Source: Octopus bimaculoides
Taxonomy: Eukaryota
DNA length: 35,472 nt
NCBI RefSeq assembly: GCF_001194135.2
Contig: NC_068981.1
Coordinates: forward strand, 43,799,373 to 43,834,844
Reading direction: 5' to 3'
Part shown: piece after piece, positions 33,754 through 35,472 of the stretch
How the letters are laid out: every line of letters begins with the position of its first letter
Numbering within the stretch: position 1 is the first letter of the stretch
Translations under genes and position numbers: made by a program
The notes under the pieces: model-generated
Seen by the model: only the letters and a program-made list of their open reading frames with translations
Told to the model about the DNA's origin: nothing
Databases searched by the model: none

Positions 33754-34654
33754 CATATAGAAAGAGAGACTGTGTGAGTGGGAAGATGAATAATTGTAAA
33801 GAGAGGCTGCGAGAACAATAGTAATGTTGATAATGTTGATCGTAAGAGAGCTGGTGAAAGATGGAAATGCGAATGAAGAAGTAAGAGATAAGAAGTAAAG
33901 CAAGAAAGAGAAGGAGATGAAAACAAAAGACAGACAAGAGAAAGAGGAAGAGATATGGGAGATAGAACAAAGGAGATTCTTGGTAGAGAAAAACCAGAAA
34001 CAATGAAACAGGAACAGTGTCATTGCAAGAACTAGGAAATAGTACTGAATCTGTGAAACACACAGACCTACTCACACTAACACATATGCCTACACACACA
34101 CGCACGCACACATTTGTATGTATGTGGTAAAGAGACTAAACAATAAAGAAAGAGAGATAGAGAGAATGAAAGAGAATGAATGGCAAGCAAAACAAAGAGA
34201 GGAAAAGAGAGTGAAAGATAAAAGATAATTGTATTGGGAATATTTATTAATCTTGTCTCAAAACATAGAAAAATCTAGAATTCCCAACAGAATGGACATT
34301 TCTAATTCAAGGAACTCATGAAATGTCAAAAGATGTCTGGAGAAATGAAATTCATTTTGGTGCCGAGGTGGGTGGTTTGACGTAAACAATACAAAGTGTT
34401 CGTATAGCATACTTGCATTTAGCTTTCATTAAATACACAACTTATTGGCAGTGATAGGTTTTTACTACATTCTCTCTGTCAGACAAATTGTTGGCAAATA
34501 AGGAAATTATTTTAGAGATACTCATTAAATAACTTATAACATAGTAACATGAAAAGAAAAGAAGAAAACATAAAAAAATGGAAGAATTAACATACAAAAC
34601 AAGAAAATTGAAATAAAATACATAAAGCATTGATTTCGGGCATCAGCTTATGAC

Positions 34655-34940
34655 AGCAAGTTGGCAGTCATATTAAAGTGTCAAATAAAATGTTTTCTGG
34701 TATTTATGTTCTGAGTTCAAATCTTGCTAAGGTCAACTTTGCTCTTTATTCTTTTTTAAGGTCAATAACTGAAGTATAAAGGTAGTTAAGTGGCCATTTT
34801 GTTAGAATGTCAGATAGACAACTTTACAGTCTTCATACTGACTCTCAGTAATTTGAGTTCAAATTCCATGAAAGTTACTTTACCTTTTATCCTCTAGAGT
34901 TGACAAATAATTTACCATTCATAGACTGGGGTCAATTTTT
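34655..34940 (+). mobile_element. Two tandem diverged family B SINE fragments
   Basis: Two occurrences of gagttcaaat...actttg/tacc, and the second ends in actggggtcaa. Confidence 0.6.
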
Positions 34941-35204
34941 CTCTTTCTCTTTGTCAGCCTGCCTGTCTGTCTGTCATTTTGTGAAAGAACTCCTTCTGAC
35001 CAGATCTGAAGGAGGATGGGCTCCACCAGGTCTAAAATATACCCAAGATATGCCATATGTCACAAAAGCACTCCAATGATGCGATTAATAGTTGAGATCT
35101 GAAGTGAGGGTAAATAAAATACCAGCCAAGAGCAATGAATTAGTAGAATTGTTGGAGTGTCCATTAGAAAGCAATATGGCATGTGTTCTAAAATTTTGCT
35201 TTTA

Positions 35205-35345
35205 AAATCACCACCACCACCATCGTTTTAACGTTCACTTACCTATGCTGGCAAAGGTCAGATGGAGTTTCTTGATGTGGATCTTTTTTAGAGCTGGATG
35301 CCTTTCTTGTTACTAACTTTCACCTGTTTATAAACGAGGAAATAT
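35205..35345 (-). mobile_element. Diverged RTE-type 3' tail
   Basis: (cac)n catcgttttaacgttcacttacctatgctggc...gagctggatgcctttc. Confidence 0.7.
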
Positions 35346-35441
35346 TTCTTCATTGTCAGACATGTTTCCACACAGGGAAGAACTGTCACACAATATCAAG
35401 ACAAGGAGACACACACACACACACAAATATACACATGTACA

Positions 35442-35472
<31 letters not shown>

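Overview
AT-rich, microsatellite-dense eukaryotic scaffold with several N gaps. The repeat families look like those of Octopus/cephalopods (inference from recall, not a search). Nearly all ORFs in the supplied track are microsatellite or transposon artefacts. One host exon is well supported: 30554-30807 (+), the GD...GNHD exon of an acid sphingomyelinase-like phosphodiesterase (SMPDL3A/B family). It has canonical splice sites and a very high GC3 (70 of 84 codons end in G/C). Its neighbouring exons are not visible, so most of the window is probably intron. The rest is layered mobile DNA: a decayed, near-full-length Penelope-like element (RT + GIY-YIG) plus the end of a second one, four Tc1/mariner-derived elements (one apparently fused to a fifth, Tc1-like fragment), RTE-type LINE fragments and 3' ends, and at least three tRNA-derived SINE families with nested insertions. 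Several minus-strand stretches have good splice signals and open frames and could belong to an antisense gene, but they are unproven. I found no convincing novel multi-gene system. Repeat boundaries are read by eye and approximate unless TIRs or TSDs are quoted.
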